A stretch of DNA of 64,000 nt from Candidatus Moraniibacteriota bacterium (lineage in GTDB: Bacteria; Patescibacteriota; Minisyncoccia; Moranbacterales; DUUL01). Position numbers and translations under genes: made by a program. Under the pieces are notes generated by a model, which saw only the letters and a list, made by a program, of their open reading frames with translations, was not told the origin of the DNA and did no database searches. The stretch lies in contig JBFHIG010000003.1 in NCBI GenBank assembly GCA_041596615.1, positions 21,880-85,879 on the forward strand, given 5' to 3'. This document shows positions 62,601-64,000 of this stretch, in pieces (the stretch's first letter is position 1; each line of letters starts with the position of its first letter).

Positions 62601-64000
<1,400 letters not shown>

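Overview
The window is a visibly AT-rich, gene-dense bacterial chromosome segment with about 60 CDS. They read as full-length proteins in the standard code, with UGA as a stop. I saw no rRNA, tRNA, CRISPR array, transposase, integrase, reverse transcriptase or phage gene.

Several traits suggest a reduced-genome anaerobe of the Patescibacteria/CPR (Parcubacteria-like) type; this placement is inference only:
- short spacers between genes
- housekeeping genes that mostly lack a Shine-Dalgarno (SD) sequence
- many single-pass or acidic-tailed orphan proteins
- PEGA and DUF3467 proteins
- POR, NrdD and rubrerythrin

Recognisable blocks, in order:
- gyrB-gap
- murD-mltG-ftsW-ispG-ispH
- rplY
- a coiled-coil lytic transglycosylase followed by a 487-aa orphan
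- an MFS transporter
- mraZ-rsmH-ftsL-ftsI-murF
- on the minus strand, LigB-like, priA, def, fmt and a rhodanese protein
- nrdR-nrdD
- thioredoxin-fold and PEGA envelope proteins
- porG-porD, a HAD phosphatase, an 870-bp ORF-poor gap, reverse rubrerythrin, then porA-porB
- rmuC
- an 893-aa PP2C-like/TM/beta-propeller protein
- hrcA, Nudix-grpE, hsp20 and dnaK
- DUF3467
- a three-gene orphan islet
- murG
- a cassette of four small Cys-rich proteins
- atpZ-like followed by atpBEFHAGD, with atpD cut by the window end

Most notable observations:
1. The class III ribonucleotide reductase is split. Its glycyl-radical loop lies on a separate 92-aa zinc-ribbon ORF.
2. A Nudix hydrolase is fused to GrpE inside a CIRCE-controlled operon.
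3. A self-contained, GC-richer cassette of four small Cys-rich proteins with strong SD sequences includes two YacG/TRASH-like paralogues. Two long perfect palindromes follow it.
4. A ~120-nt multi-hairpin element with terminal inverted repeats and its own terminator-like 3' end is a candidate sRNA or MITE.
5. The por genes are interrupted by a long non-coding gap that carries a palindrome and small SD-led ORFs.

Regulatory sites readable by eye are CIRCE, an NrdR box, MraZ-type GTGG repeats and several near-consensus sigma70 promoters. All functional calls rest on motif recognition by eye; no searches were run.
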